Origin: Escherichia phage vB_EcoP_C
Length of the DNA stretch: 44,970 bases
Sequence record: NC_047807.1
Direction: 5' to 3' (one strand)
This document shows, piece by piece, positions 15,636 to 26,269 of this stretch; the stretch's first letter is position 1; the number at the start of each line of letters is the position of its first letter. Both the position numbers and the translations under genes were made by a program. Below the pieces are notes generated by a model, which ran no database searches, was not told the origin of the DNA, and was given only the letters and a program-made list of their open reading frames with translations.

Positions 15636-18584
15636 CTACAATTTAACTTTACCTACCTTAGAGTCTTTAGCTAACTTGGTAGGTGCAGCCTCATAAACCT
15701 GATACCAGCCATCGGCTCCAATACGTTTATGCGTCCACGCAGAAACAGAGCCTGCTGGCATAGGTCCACCAAACTTAACCCACATAGAGCCATCTTCCCT
15801 CGTCTCCACTTCTGTGATCTTAGGTACACCACCAGCAGCTGCCATATTGTATGCCTCAGCGCGTCGCTTCAGTAGGCCCGGAATACGTTTACCTTCACTT
15901 GATGCAGTACCCAGCATTTCGATAAAGCCTTCCGTAAGCTTACCAGCTTTGAATGCAGCAAGAGCACGCGGTGAGTTCTGGATTCCACCTTTACCTAAAT
16001 TGTAGGTTAAATCCATCAAGCCACGTTGCTGTGCAGGATGCATCTGGTCAAACGGAATCTTCCAGTCACGAGTAGGAGGCACATGCTTCTTAGCATCTTG
16101 CTCCATAAGAGCGCGAGCCTTACTCTCTGTAAGCTGAGACATAGACCCTCGATAGGGAACTAGTTCATCGCCAATCTTAATATACCCGTTTCGCTTCTCT
16201 TCTTCCGTTAAGAAATGACCGTAACCGATAGACTCACCGTGAGCGTCTTTATATGGAGTAAAGGTTCCAGTTGCCTTATTAAAGCCAACTTTATCTTTAT
16301 TCTCATCCATAGCTAGCTTGTCATAGAATTGTTGCATATTACCTCGATAGTTAATCTCGAAGTTAGAAGGCAGATTCTCACCAGAAGCAAAAGCAGAAGA
16401 CATGAGGAAGTTAGCTAGTCCAAATTTACCAATATCTTTGGCAGTTGGTTTAGCTGGCATAGGCTCTTGTGCACCAATATCTGTACGATACGGGTGAACA
16501 TACTCGCCTTTATCTCGTTCCTCTACTTTCTTCTGATAGGCAGAATCTAGTAGTGAAGTGGTATCTAAAGAGGTTACAGGGATTACTCCAGAAAGAGGGC
16601 GACCTGCTGCACCAGCACGAATCACAAAAGTTCCTTTCTGCTCATTGTAGTCAATGTACACATCATCCTTAGTTTCCCACTCTTGAAGCTCCTTTTTCAA
16701 TTCTGGCATCTGTGTTTCTACATACCTACCAAGCGCCAGAGGGACATCGGTAGGGTTTACACCTTTCCCAACTGACATAAGCATATCAGATGCAGAAGTG
16801 TAATCACCTTTAATGAAATAGCCACCGGAAGTCTTTGCATCCTCTGATTGAGTGTAGCGTTTATTGCCCCAAGTAATTAAAGCCTTCTTGATAGAATCCA
16901 TGTTACGCATACCGCTAGACCACAACATATTGGCCTTAGCTCGTAACTCTTCTTCCGCAATAGCTTTACCTAAGTCTGACACTTCGGTTTTACCATCAAA
17001 CCAGCCAGCACCAGATACCTCATCCAGTGCATCTCCAATAGCTGAGTTGAACTTCTTGTTTTCCTTCTCAGTACGAGAGAATTTCTGCTGTGCTTCACGC
17101 GCAAACCTTGCAGCCTGCAAAGGTGTCTCTCCCATTTGTAGTGCAGTGTTGTAGTTATCCATGTAGCCATTCACCGTGTCACCAAAGACACCTCGGCTCT
17201 CTTCTGGCAACTGTTCCCACAACTGACGAATAGTCATCAACTCCTGTGGTTCGCCCTTGGCAAAGTGCTCAGGCGATAGCATAGATTCCATGGCTTTGAT
17301 ACGAGACTCAAAGGTATCATCCACTAAGCCTTTGGAGTTCATGAATTGCAGGCGCTGCACTTCCACTGCACCACGAATAGCTTCAGCCTCTTGACTGTAA
17401 GGGTCCAAGCCACGTTGCTTGATTTGCTGGTCTGCATAAAGTTGGCTATCCTGTTTGATAACATCAATGTAAGCCTTCTTCTCTTTATCAGTCTTACCTT
17501 GGAAGCCAGTCAGGCGGTCGGAGTAAAGCTCACGTCGCATATCCTGCATTGCACCTAGCTCTGCATTCTGCTTAGCCCGTTGGCGCATCAGTGCCTCTAG
17601 CTCTGGATTAGAGAAGACATAGTTACCTGTCAGATTATTAATGTGCTGTGCTCGTTCCAACAATTCTTCATCAGTTAAATCACCTGCAAGGTATGATTCT
17701 TTAACTTCGAAAGACATACGAGTTACATCAGCTACATTATTCCTAGCCCAAACTGCATTACCACTAGTGATGGCTGTGATAAGCTGTGGATTCTTAGCAT
17801 AAACAGAAACACCCTTATCGTCCTTCACATACTTCAGGGCTTCAGCCATGCTAACATCACCGCCTTGTGCAAGTGAAATTGCTCGCTGGACTAACTTCTT
17901 GTGCATCTGTTCAGGTAGTAATCCTTGAGTAAGACCTTCGCGGATTCGTTCCTGTAAAGCATAGCCAGAAGCTTCAGGGTCAATATTAGAATCCCAAGTA
18001 GAAGCCACTCGCCCGTCAAAGGTATCCTCACGGTCTGCTTGTTCACGGTCAAGTTTATGCTGGGTCCGTGTAGCCCAAATCTGAGGCTGCTGTTCTTGGA
18101 AGACATTAGTGACCATACGCATAGTATCTTTGTCACCTTGCAACTCAGGGTATTGCTGGAACAGCTTATTCTGCATCTCATTACGAGAGTCAACCATAAG
18201 TTGTGTCCACTCGTCATCCGTCCCTTGGAAACGAGTAGCCATGTCTTTCATTCGTGCTGCTTCATCATTAGCTAGCAGTTGAGCTTTGACAAGCATGTTA
18301 GCACGAGCGCCACCACGAGTTGCATCCTCAGAAGGCATTAATCCGTTATATGCCCGTTCCATTTGAACAACCTTATCTTCCTCAATCTTCTGATTAAGGA
18401 TACCAGTGGTAACATCAGCCACGCTGCTTGCTGCACGAATAAGGTCTTCGATAAATCTACTACCGGAGGTAGAAGCCACGCCAGCCTCCACACCTCCCAC
18501 TTGTTGAGGTGCAAAGGTCATGACATTAGGAGAAGTGGCCTGCACTTGTGGCAGACCTTGTACTGCTTGTCGCTCAATTGCCAT
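15636..18584 (-). CDS. Internal virion protein with lysozyme-like (GH24-type) domain near C-terminus, 982 aa
   Basis: Segment YKDAHGESIGYGHFL resembles the T4-lysozyme YKDTEGYYTIGIGHLL block; T7 gp15/16-like position. Confidence 0.75.
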   Translation of the reverse strand: MAIERQAVQGLPQVQATSPNVMTFAPQQVGGVEAGVASTSGSRFIEDLIRAASSVADVTTGILNQKIEEDKVVQMERAYNGLMPSEDATRGGARANMLVKAQLLANDEAARMKDMATRFQGTDDEWTQLMVDSRNEMQNKLFQQYPELQGDKDTMRMVTNVFQEQQPQIWATRTQHKLDREQADREDTFDGRVASTWDSNIDPEASGYALQERIREGLTQGLLPEQMHKKLVQRAISLAQGGDVSMAEALKYVKDDKGVSVYAKNPQLITAITSGNAVWARNNVADVTRMSFEVKESYLAGDLTDEELLERAQHINNLTGNYVFSNPELEALMRQRAKQNAELGAMQDMRRELYSDRLTGFQGKTDKEKKAYIDVIKQDSQLYADQQIKQRGLDPYSQEAEAIRGAVEVQRLQFMNSKGLVDDTFESRIKAMESMLSPEHFAKGEPQELMTIRQLWEQLPEESRGVFGDTVNGYMDNYNTALQMGETPLQAARFAREAQQKFSRTEKENKKFNSAIGDALDEVSGAGWFDGKTEVSDLGKAIAEEELRAKANMLWSSGMRNMDSIKKALITWGNKRYTQSEDAKTSGGYFIKGDYTSASDMLMSVGKGVNPTDVPLALGRYVETQMPELKKELQEWETKDDVYIDYNEQKGTFVIRAGAAGRPLSGVIPVTSLDTTSLLDSAYQKKVEERDKGEYVHPYRTDIGAQEPMPAKPTAKDIGKFGLANFLMSSAFASGENLPSNFEINYRGNMQQFYDKLAMDENKDKVGFNKATGTFTPYKDAHGESIGYGHFLTEEEKRNGYIKIGDELVPYRGSMSQLTESKARALMEQDAKKHVPPTRDWKIPFDQMHPAQQRGLMDLTYNLGKGGIQNSPRALAAFKAGKLTEGFIEMLGTASSEGKRIPGLLKRRAEAYNMAAAGGVPKITEVETREDGSMWVKFGGPMPAGSVSAWTHKRIGADGWYQVYEAAPTKLAKDSKVGKVKL

Positions 18585-19306
18585 TAAATACCTCTTGTTC
18601 CAGATGAATATGTGCGAGAATCAGTTAAGGCTTTACCCAATGCCTTGCCAGACTTACTACCAGTTACATAGGCAGATGCCAGACTTGGAATACCTTTAAC
18701 CAAGGTATTCATAGCAGAAGGCTTCTTAAACTCACGCATCTGCATCTGACCACCACGTTGGATAGACTTAAGCTGGTTGGTGAAATTAATCTTCTGATTC
18801 TCATAGTTATCAATGATAGTACTCTGGTTTCTGCCGCCATCTGCTGCTAAGTCATTAAGCATAGAGGACACAGAATTACCACCAGTACCAGTAGCCCCAG
18901 CAAGTAATGCAACCTGTGCTCGCTGCTGTAGCAGTGAAGCCTGATTACTGATTGCATCTGCATGATATTGTTTAGCAGCAGAACGTTCTGCGTCTGCCAC
19001 TGTCTTGTACGCCTCTTGTGTAGCAATAAGCTGCTGCCGCCATTGCTCTTCTTGTGCTTTCTTCATCGCCTTGGCTTCATCACTTCCACCAAAGAGATCA
19101 CCAATCAAGCCTAACCCTTGAAGGCCAGCACCAAGAAGGCCAGCATTAGAGAAACCAGCAGTGGAGCCACTTAGGAATCCACCTAGTGAACCTAGCAAAC
19201 CTCCGCCACCTGCGGCAGCACCTCCAGCAGCGGCTGCTGCACCGCTGCCTGCAAACATACTACCAATAGAAGACATACCAGACATAACGGCTGAACCTAT
19301 AGCCAT
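18584..19306 (-). CDS. Internal virion protein, Gly/Ala-rich (about 240 aa)
   Basis: Start moved to ATG at 19306 (AAGGAGGG SD, TAATG overlap with upstream gene); low-complexity G/A-rich N-terminus. Confidence 0.65.
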   Translation of the reverse strand: MAIGSAVMSGMSSIGSMFAGSGAAAAAGGAAAGGGGLLGSLGGFLSGSTAGFSNAGLLGAGLQGLGLIGDLFGGSDEAKAMKKAQEEQWRQQLIATQEAYKTVADAERSAAKQYHADAISNQASLLQQRAQVALLAGATGTGGNSVSSMLNDLAADGGRNQSTIIDNYENQKINFTNQLKSIQRGGQMQMREFKKPSAMNTLVKGIPSLASAYVTGSKSGKALGKALTDSRTYSSGTRGI

Positions 19307-21708
19307 TAGACCCTCCTTTTGGTTGGATTGTAGCTCCCTTCCCACTCAATATCGCGGAGCTGGAATGTGTGAGGTGATTCTACAATAATACGATAAACAG
19401 CATCCGTACTCTTAGCTCTCAGTGGGAATCTGAAGACACCTTCTCTTGGTTCAACATAACCTACTGTATTGTTGAGAGCACCACCTATACGGTTTGACGC
19501 TAGCACCCTGCGTACTTTACCACTCTTCACATTCTTAACCTCCACGGAGAAATCAGGATACATATCAAGATTAAGGTGAACCAACCCCACAACAGGTACA
19601 TCAATATAGGATACACGGTCTTGCCTATCTCTGATAACTACAGGTGTTGGTTCAAACTCTTGAGGGTAAATCTGACCAACAATAACCTTCGCTTTTACGT
19701 GGCTATCATCATGCATATCAAAGGTTGTAGACAAGGTGTTATCACCGGGATTATATTTGAATAGGAAAGAACCACCAATATATGAATCCCACCCGTCTAT
19801 TAAGATGCAATCCAAAAGCTCTGGGTTAGTAGGAGTCCAAGGAAGCGGTTCAGACACCCATTCATCTTCTGCTTTAAAATGCTTGAAGACTAACTCTGCT
19901 TGCCTATCCATCCTAATGCGGTCATTCAAACCATAGGTTAATGCATCACCCATGTCCATCTTCTCCAGATATACGCCATCCCCTCGCTCAAGGAGTAGGT
20001 AAAGTAATTCACCAGAATAAAATAGACCTCGCACCTTTGTACCTACAGGCCACTTCCATACATGCCATGCTGATTGTACACGGTCTGTTCCTTGCCATAA
20101 CCAATCATAGCAGTAGATTATGTTACGGTACTTATCGGTAGTGACAAGTAACCTGTTGACATTGGTGCTTGCTGCCATGTTGGTAATGTTACCTTCGATG
20201 AGTTTATTCACATGACTTGTGATTGCTTGTGCCTTCTTAGTGTCACTATAAGAGTCTGTATAGAACTCTCGTACACCAGAGTAATAACCATCATTAGTGG
20301 CAAACATTACCGATTCACCAGTTACTACTGGCTTCACTTTATTGTTCACTTCAAATGTTGTAACAGGCTTAAGCAATGCATTTGACTTCTCTAAAGGCTT
20401 ATCGCCTGGCAGTATGAATTGTGACTTATCAGAGAACAATACGGTAGCTCCATCTAAGGTCACTGCATGTTTTAGCTGGTAAACTTCACTCGCATCTGAG
20501 AAAATATCAAATGGGTCAGTTGCCAATGCAGAGATAACCGTATAACGAAAGAAATCGAAGAAATATGATGTACGAGAAGCAATAACCGCTTCACCTGCTG
20601 TAAAGCATAGGCGGTTCTGCACCATGAACATTCCACCTATTGTCTGGGGTACTTCCTCATCAATAAAAGAGGGCATAGGGTTAGTCAAGTCATCCCCTAC
20701 TTTACGGTCTTCCCAATCACCTTGTCTTATCTTGAATTGAGCTATGCCGTCAATGATACCTGTACGTTCAATAATGTAAGGCATTGTGCCTTTATCAAAC
20801 CCAAGTAATACATCAGCAGCTATTGTTTCTTTCCAAGACACAAGGTTTCCCTCTTTAGGCTCAGCTTGCAGCCAGTAACGAGACTCAGGTTTGCTGCCAG
20901 TAGGCCACACTTGTACTTTATAACCAGCAGGCGCACGAGAAGGGAGTAGGTCAGTAGAGCTAACTTTATTCTTGATAGCCACTAAGTCCTTACCTTTTGC
21001 ACCATCGGTAGTTGTTACTGTGAAACTTTTACCATCGCGTCTCTCTATAAATATGCTCGTACCATCTCTTTGTATTTCATAGTCATTCACACCACTCCAT
21101 TGCTGCAACTTGGAGTACAATTCAGAAGTGATACGTTCCGTTCGTATTTGTTCAACATGTTCTGCACTTCCCCCATCTGGTGTTTTAAAACTAGCAGCTG
21201 TAGTTCCATTAATTATGATAGAATAAGATGTACCGTATTGACCATATGCACAAAACACAATGGCTTTATCTCCAACTTTAGGTGACTTCCTATTACTAAC
21301 TTTAACCACTTTCCTACGGTTAAGCATAAAAGTAACATCAGCTATAGTCATGAATTGCACATCTTCCCTAGGGTTAACAACTTCAGAAAGGTAGGTCATA
21401 GGTGCATCTTGAGAGGTGACATTGCACTTGCGTCCATGCTTATCAAATATCTCTGGCACTTGCCCCTTCTTTAAGGTGAAGAAATACTCTTCATCCCCCT
21501 CACCCCTGCGATAATGGTGCGTTGCCATATTATCTGTACCTTCATCCAAGAGCTTAGCAATGTGAGTTGTACCCATGCGGGATTGAGTCCCATTCACTAC
21601 ATCAGGGACCATGTTCACCATAGTCGTACATTGGCCATCAAGACGTACCGCTGGTGGTTGCTGGCTAATCCCTTGGATTTGCCTCCCTAATGAACCTTGT
21701 ACTTCCAT
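19306..21708 (-). CDS. Tail tubular protein B (T7 gp12-like), about 800 aa
   Basis: Size and position; start moved to ATG at 21708 with GGAGGA SD, overlapping upstream stop. Confidence 0.8.
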   Translation of the reverse strand: MEVQGSLGRQIQGISQQPPAVRLDGQCTTMVNMVPDVVNGTQSRMGTTHIAKLLDEGTDNMATHHYRRGEGDEEYFFTLKKGQVPEIFDKHGRKCNVTSQDAPMTYLSEVVNPREDVQFMTIADVTFMLNRRKVVKVSNRKSPKVGDKAIVFCAYGQYGTSYSIIINGTTAASFKTPDGGSAEHVEQIRTERITSELYSKLQQWSGVNDYEIQRDGTSIFIERRDGKSFTVTTTDGAKGKDLVAIKNKVSSTDLLPSRAPAGYKVQVWPTGSKPESRYWLQAEPKEGNLVSWKETIAADVLLGFDKGTMPYIIERTGIIDGIAQFKIRQGDWEDRKVGDDLTNPMPSFIDEEVPQTIGGMFMVQNRLCFTAGEAVIASRTSYFFDFFRYTVISALATDPFDIFSDASEVYQLKHAVTLDGATVLFSDKSQFILPGDKPLEKSNALLKPVTTFEVNNKVKPVVTGESVMFATNDGYYSGVREFYTDSYSDTKKAQAITSHVNKLIEGNITNMAASTNVNRLLVTTDKYRNIIYCYDWLWQGTDRVQSAWHVWKWPVGTKVRGLFYSGELLYLLLERGDGVYLEKMDMGDALTYGLNDRIRMDRQAELVFKHFKAEDEWVSEPLPWTPTNPELLDCILIDGWDSYIGGSFLFKYNPGDNTLSTTFDMHDDSHVKAKVIVGQIYPQEFEPTPVVIRDRQDRVSYIDVPVVGLVHLNLDMYPDFSVEVKNVKSGKVRRVLASNRIGGALNNTVGYVEPREGVFRFPLRAKSTDAVYRIIVESPHTFQLRDIEWEGSYNPTKRRV

Positions 21709-22445
21709 TAACGATCCTCCCACGGACGAAGTGCCCAACTGTCATATGGTGAATGAGAGTAAGCAGGTACATTCTGAGAACCACCTGCCATAATACCGAA
21801 CTGACGCTGCGTAGGATTATGCACAAGCATATTCAATCGCTTTTGTGACATTTGTTCTGATTGCACATCCATTAGAAGCTGAGTGGCAATCTGCTGTGCA
21901 GTGGCTAGCTTAGTCTGATCTGCATCCTTAGACACAATAAACTCTACAGCAGCTTGATAGGCAATAGCCTGCATTACACTAGTAGGTAGATGCTCATATG
22001 GAAGTAAGGTAAGTAAGGTAAGACGAATCATACCATTAGCATTCACATGCTTACGCATATCAAAGGTATGACTCCATGTAGAGTAGAGCTTACCTGCTCG
22101 CATAGTCATGGGTACTTTCTTCTCACCCAAAGCATAACACTGCAATACTGCTAGGCAGTTGTTAGGTAGATTGACTTCACCATTGGTATCAGGTGCAATC
22201 TGCCAGTTTGGTTCACGATTGAACCACCAGCCACCTCCTTTGTTGTACTGGAATCGCTGGGATACGATGTCGATCATCTTGCTTGCATCTTCTGCGTCCA
22301 AGTCACCTGAGTCGAGAGAATCCACACCCTCACGACCAATAGCTCGCATACACAAGTTTACCGCTTCCAGCTTACTATCAATAATCTGGAAGGCCACATC
22401 TTCCATCATATGACCTACTTTACTGGTTTGTCTAATTACAGGCAT
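21708..22445 (-). CDS. Tail tubular protein A (T7 gp11-like), about 245 aa
   Basis: Position after capsid gene and terminator; start moved to ATG at 22445 (GGAGGG SD); the track's longer N-terminus reads through the terminator. Confidence 0.75.
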   Translation of the reverse strand: MPVIRQTSKVGHMMEDVAFQIIDSKLEAVNLCMRAIGREGVDSLDSGDLDAEDASKMIDIVSQRFQYNKGGGWWFNREPNWQIAPDTNGEVNLPNNCLAVLQCYALGEKKVPMTMRAGKLYSTWSHTFDMRKHVNANGMIRLTLLTLLPYEHLPTSVMQAIAYQAAVEFIVSKDADQTKLATAQQIATQLLMDVQSEQMSQKRLNMLVHNPTQRQFGIMAGGSQNVPAYSHSPYDSWALRPWEDR

Positions 22446-22458
22446 GAACCCTCCTAAC

Positions 22459-22508
22459 AAAAAAAAAAAAAGAACCCTACGAACCCTACCTACGCAAGGT
22501 AGATAGGG
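22459..22508 (-). terminator. Transcription terminator downstream of major capsid gene (hairpin plus U13)
   Basis: Minus-strand RNA CCCUAUCUAC-CUUGC-GUAGGUAGGG (10-bp stem, 22484-22508), then a 13-nt U run (22459-22471); analogous to T7 T-phi. Confidence 0.6.
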
Positions 22509-22516
22509 CATAGGTA

Positions 22517-23722
22517 TTACTCAGTAGGTTTCATTGCAGTCGGCTTAATGTCATTAGCCATCACTGCACGAACAGCAGCAACCAAATCTTCAGCAGACAA
22601 GCTAGCAGCGGCAGCAGCACCTGCCGGGGCAGCATTCTTGACGTATACAGCTTTACGCTGTGCACGGTTCAGAACCTGAGTGTGCTGTGCTCCACCAGTA
22701 CCCTCAGCCTCCCCAGTAGATGTGCTACGCTTAGTTGTCACAACAGACACTGCTTCCCATCGATCAGGGATTGCACCTTCAGACATGAAAGTATCAATGT
22801 AGTAGGTCTTCTCTTTCTTCTCATAGAAGATATCACCGGTTACATCAATAGAACGACCCACAAGCAGAGCGTCAGATGTGAACAGTACAGCGATAGCACC
22901 ATTCATCTCTGCGGTCGGGTCATAACGATAACCGTTGTCTTCATTGGACAGCAGGTGATGTTTCTGACCCTGAGAGAATTTAGGGAAGCGGTTAGACGGG
23001 ATAACAGGACAGTTGTAAGAAGACAGAACAAAACCATGAATGGTTGCACCGGACTGGCTGATGGTGTAGCTCTTGTCAACGATACGGTCTGCATCACGCA
23101 GTACGTTGAAGTAGCGCCACGGCATCAGGATAGCTACATCAGAGATGTCTACTTCCTGCTCAAGCTGCTGCTCCAGAGCAAACTCTACAGCCGCCATTAC
23201 ATACTGCGGGTTAACCAGTGCTTCGCTTTCATTGACCTCCACGTTGACAGAGAAGCCATGACCTTTCACACGAGGGTTAGTACGCTTAGCCTGAGTGTTA
23301 GCAATACCACCCAGCAGCATCTGCTGAATCAGCATTTCATCTTCCATCTTCTTAAGCTGCTTAGCTTGGTTGGTAGCCAGCTTAGGTTTCAGGCTGTCAA
23401 TATCACCCTGTACATCATGCAGGTGTGCAACGGTGTTACGAGCAATAACAGTGGCATCAATTACCAGCTGGTTTTTATCGGCCTGAGTAGAGGTTGCAGC
23501 CGGAGACTGACCCGGTGCCAGAACCTGCAACTCTGTTTCACCCAAGTATTTGTTGCTTACCGTGTTAGTACCAGTAACAGTCTGAACATCGAAGTAGGAC
23601 ATGATGTTCTCACCTTTCAGGTACTGCTCATTTACCTTACCATTGAATTTCTCAATGAGCAGGCTGTCTACCTCACCGGAAGCGGAGACTGCAACGTTGG
23701 TCAGAGTATTCGGTGTAGACAT
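22517..23722 (-). CDS. Major capsid protein (T7 gp10-like), 401 aa
   Basis: Position after scaffold and promoter; AAGGAGG SD; followed by terminator. Confidence 0.85.
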   Translation of the reverse strand: MSTPNTLTNVAVSASGEVDSLLIEKFNGKVNEQYLKGENIMSYFDVQTVTGTNTVSNKYLGETELQVLAPGQSPAATSTQADKNQLVIDATVIARNTVAHLHDVQGDIDSLKPKLATNQAKQLKKMEDEMLIQQMLLGGIANTQAKRTNPRVKGHGFSVNVEVNESEALVNPQYVMAAVEFALEQQLEQEVDISDVAILMPWRYFNVLRDADRIVDKSYTISQSGATIHGFVLSSYNCPVIPSNRFPKFSQGQKHHLLSNEDNGYRYDPTAEMNGAIAVLFTSDALLVGRSIDVTGDIFYEKKEKTYYIDTFMSEGAIPDRWEAVSVVTTKRSTSTGEAEGTGGAQHTQVLNRAQRKAVYVKNAAPAGAAAAASLSAEDLVAAVRAVMANDIKPTAMKPTE

Positions 23723-23768
23723 TAATAAACCTCCTTATAAATCAAATTGATAATTTAGGGAGACATTT

Positions 23769-23792
23769 CTCCCTCTATAGTGTCCAGTAAAT
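23769..23792 (-). promoter_or_regulatory. SP6-type phage RNAP promoter (ATTTACTGGACACTATAGAGGGAG)
   Basis: Promoter family member immediately upstream of major capsid gene. Confidence 0.75.
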
Positions 23793-23797
23793 ACTGA

Positions 23798-24718
23798 TTA
23801 AAGTCCGCGAGCCATACCAGCGCGGCGGCGAGCATCCAGTCTAGCCTGATACTCAGCAGCAGCTTTCTTGTCTGTGCCGAAGCGAGAGCTAAGGGTCATC
23901 ATCTCACGCAGGTACTGCTCACGCGAGAGTGGGCCGTTGTCTTCTGATGCGGCAGCAGGTGCAGATGGTTCAATCAGGCTTGGCTTGTCATCACCTTGTG
24001 CAGCCTTACGGCGGCTCTCCAGTTCACGCACAGCGTATTGCTGAAGGTACTGGTTGCCAGATCCCATCACCGCATTGAATGCCATTAGTTCGTCATCAGA
24101 CAGCGCTTCAAGTGCCCACGCCTCAAGACGGGACCACCCTTCTTCACCACCAATTTCCTTAGAAACATCAGAGAAGCGTTGGGTATTAGCTGCTTCCAAC
24201 TCTTTAGCTGCGTTGGCTTCTTTTAGGAAGAAGGCTTCATTTTGAGCCTTAAGGCCTGACAGGTAAGCATCTACCGCAAACTTGCCAAAAGCATCATACA
24301 GTTTCTGCTTGGTTGCATCAGACAGCTCAAACTTGCCATCTTTGGCATAGAGTTCCTTGGCAACCTGCTTAGCATCAATACCTTTCTCTTTAAGGCTATC
24401 AGTAACATCCTGTGGTATATCTACTGTTACTTCATAGTCTCCGAAGAAGTATTGCACTTCCTCAGTGTCGGTCGTGGTATCATCTGGCTTAGATTCACCA
24501 TTCTCTCCGTCATTGTCTCTCGCTTCTGAAGGTTGTCCAGAAGTTTCTCCTCTGGTGTCTTCAGCAGATTGTGTACTAGCATTGTCATCTTGTACATTAG
24601 TGCTAGTATCAGCATGAACATCATTAGTAGTAGCATCAGTTGATACCTCCTTGGTTTCTACCGGATTGTCTTCAGCAATAGGATGAGTGGTTGACGGTTC
24701 AGTAAATGAGAAAGACAT
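23798..24718 (-). CDS. Scaffolding protein (T7 gp9-like), 306 aa
   Basis: Acidic, low-complexity N-terminal half; between portal and capsid; AAGGAGG SD. Confidence 0.75.
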   Translation of the reverse strand: MSFSFTEPSTTHPIAEDNPVETKEVSTDATTNDVHADTSTNVQDDNASTQSAEDTRGETSGQPSEARDNDGENGESKPDDTTTDTEEVQYFFGDYEVTVDIPQDVTDSLKEKGIDAKQVAKELYAKDGKFELSDATKQKLYDAFGKFAVDAYLSGLKAQNEAFFLKEANAAKELEAANTQRFSDVSKEIGGEEGWSRLEAWALEALSDDELMAFNAVMGSGNQYLQQYAVRELESRRKAAQGDDKPSLIEPSAPAAASEDNGPLSREQYLREMMTLSSRFGTDKKAAAEYQARLDARRRAGMARGL

Positions 24719-26268
24719 TACGCCTCCTTAAGTTCTTGTTGAATTACACCCGGAATGGCCTTAGCCACACCCTCTTCAAGCATCTGTGCTTGCTGTGCTT
24801 GCATCTGCGCTTCCTGTTCTTGCTCCATCTCTTCAGTCGATTTAAGGAATGGCAGTTCAGCAGAGATTTGACCACGTACCCAATCCATGTAATCAGGCCA
24901 CTTCACAGCAGCTAGGACAGGCTCAGGCCATTGCAAAGGCAGTGACATGTACTGAGCGAAGTTTGCCAGCTTATCCAGTTCAGCCATGCGCCCTAATGCT
25001 TCAATGCCTGTGATAATCACAGGGTCAACTAGGTCACTAGTGAATGAATCACCTGCCTCCAGCAGACCCCACATCGCTACTGGCGATTGCATAGTAGTAG
25101 CAAAGAGGGAATATACACCGCCCATGTTCTGCTCAATCTCTAACGCATCTCGCTGGATTTCTACAGCAGTAACACGTTCGGCATCACGGCGTGTCATCGT
25201 CTCCATCATGAATACGACACCGATACGGCGAGTGTACACCTCTAGAACCGCACTAATAGGTGTGAGGTCTGCATACTTACCTAACTGTACAATATGGATG
25301 TCTTCTTCTACACCAGTAACAACCTCACCAGTGCCAGAGTTAACAAAGTGGTCAACATCAGTCTGAGCACCCGGACGAATCAAGTACTTAATATCTGCCA
25401 TCAGTGCAGCACCACGGGCAACTGCTTCAGACAGGAATTGGATAACGAATAAATCACCGGAGTAATCCTCTGCTAAAGGACGACCCCAATCCTCACCATA
25501 GCTTCGCTTCCAAGTTAGCGGGATAAATGGTAGCTTTTCTGATTTGATTTTACTTACCTTACCAACAGGGATATCATCAGCAGATTGCTTGAGTTCCCAA
25601 AAACCCTCACCAAGATACTTAGCATGTGTGTACAGCTTAATGCTGTCATCTTCCTTGCATTTCTTACCTTTCAAGCCCACCTCTACCACAGCACGGGTAG
25701 CGGGGTCAAATGTACGCAAGGACTTTTCTTGCAGTAAGATAATGTCTAACAGGTCGCCATTGGTATCACGGTTAACTACGTAGTGATGCATTGGTATTGC
25801 ACTGATTGCACCTTTGCTCGGCTTGTATAGCATACAGCTGCCAGCAACAATAAGATGCTTGAATGCTTCTACTACAGCAGGCCGGAATTGACGTTGCTCT
25901 AACTCTTTCATTGCCCGTGTTTCCACTTGAGCAAAGATAGTAGCTAGCTCTGTCTTCTTCAGGCCACGCTGATTAAGAATCTTCTCACCTTGTGCAGTTA
26001 GGTCTACACGGAAGAAGGAGCGCTGTGCAGGGAATAGCACTTGCGCTAGCTTGTTGGCTAGGTGGTTAGTTGCCTGAGCACCTACACCTTGCCATCCGTT
26101 CTGCGAAGTCTCGTTATCACCTTTGTCATTCATCAGATAGGGCAAGGTTAATTTGGAGTAATGCTTCGCCCTATCAAGGAAAGAGCTACGTTTAGTGGAG
26201 AACTTCTCCCATAGCTTAGGTATCTTAGACCGCTTACCTCCATACTCCAAATCTGTGCTCTGTTTCAT
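24718..26268 (-). CDS. Portal (head-tail connector) protein (T7 gp8-like), 516 aa
   Basis: Size, position and acidic EQEQEAQMQAQQ C-terminal region typical of T7-like portals. Confidence 0.85.
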   Translation of the reverse strand: MKQSTDLEYGGKRSKIPKLWEKFSTKRSSFLDRAKHYSKLTLPYLMNDKGDNETSQNGWQGVGAQATNHLANKLAQVLFPAQRSFFRVDLTAQGEKILNQRGLKKTELATIFAQVETRAMKELEQRQFRPAVVEAFKHLIVAGSCMLYKPSKGAISAIPMHHYVVNRDTNGDLLDIILLQEKSLRTFDPATRAVVEVGLKGKKCKEDDSIKLYTHAKYLGEGFWELKQSADDIPVGKVSKIKSEKLPFIPLTWKRSYGEDWGRPLAEDYSGDLFVIQFLSEAVARGAALMADIKYLIRPGAQTDVDHFVNSGTGEVVTGVEEDIHIVQLGKYADLTPISAVLEVYTRRIGVVFMMETMTRRDAERVTAVEIQRDALEIEQNMGGVYSLFATTMQSPVAMWGLLEAGDSFTSDLVDPVIITGIEALGRMAELDKLANFAQYMSLPLQWPEPVLAAVKWPDYMDWVRGQISAELPFLKSTEEMEQEQEAQMQAQQAQMLEEGVAKAIPGVIQQELKEA

Positions 26269-26269
26269 A

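Noticed and set aside
21708-22511. ORF-track start of tail tubular protein A at 22511
   Set aside because: The N-terminal extension is the translated terminator hairpin and poly-U tract; the start was moved to 22445.
22682-23725. 347-aa plus-strand ORF, and all other plus-strand ORFs in the track (for example 3868-4254, 6107-6430, 32589-33680, 44268-44801)
   Set aside because: They lie antisense to well-supported minus-strand genes, lack Shine-Dalgarno sequences, have low-complexity or Cys/Leu/Ser-rich translations, and no promoter in this genome points in the plus direction.
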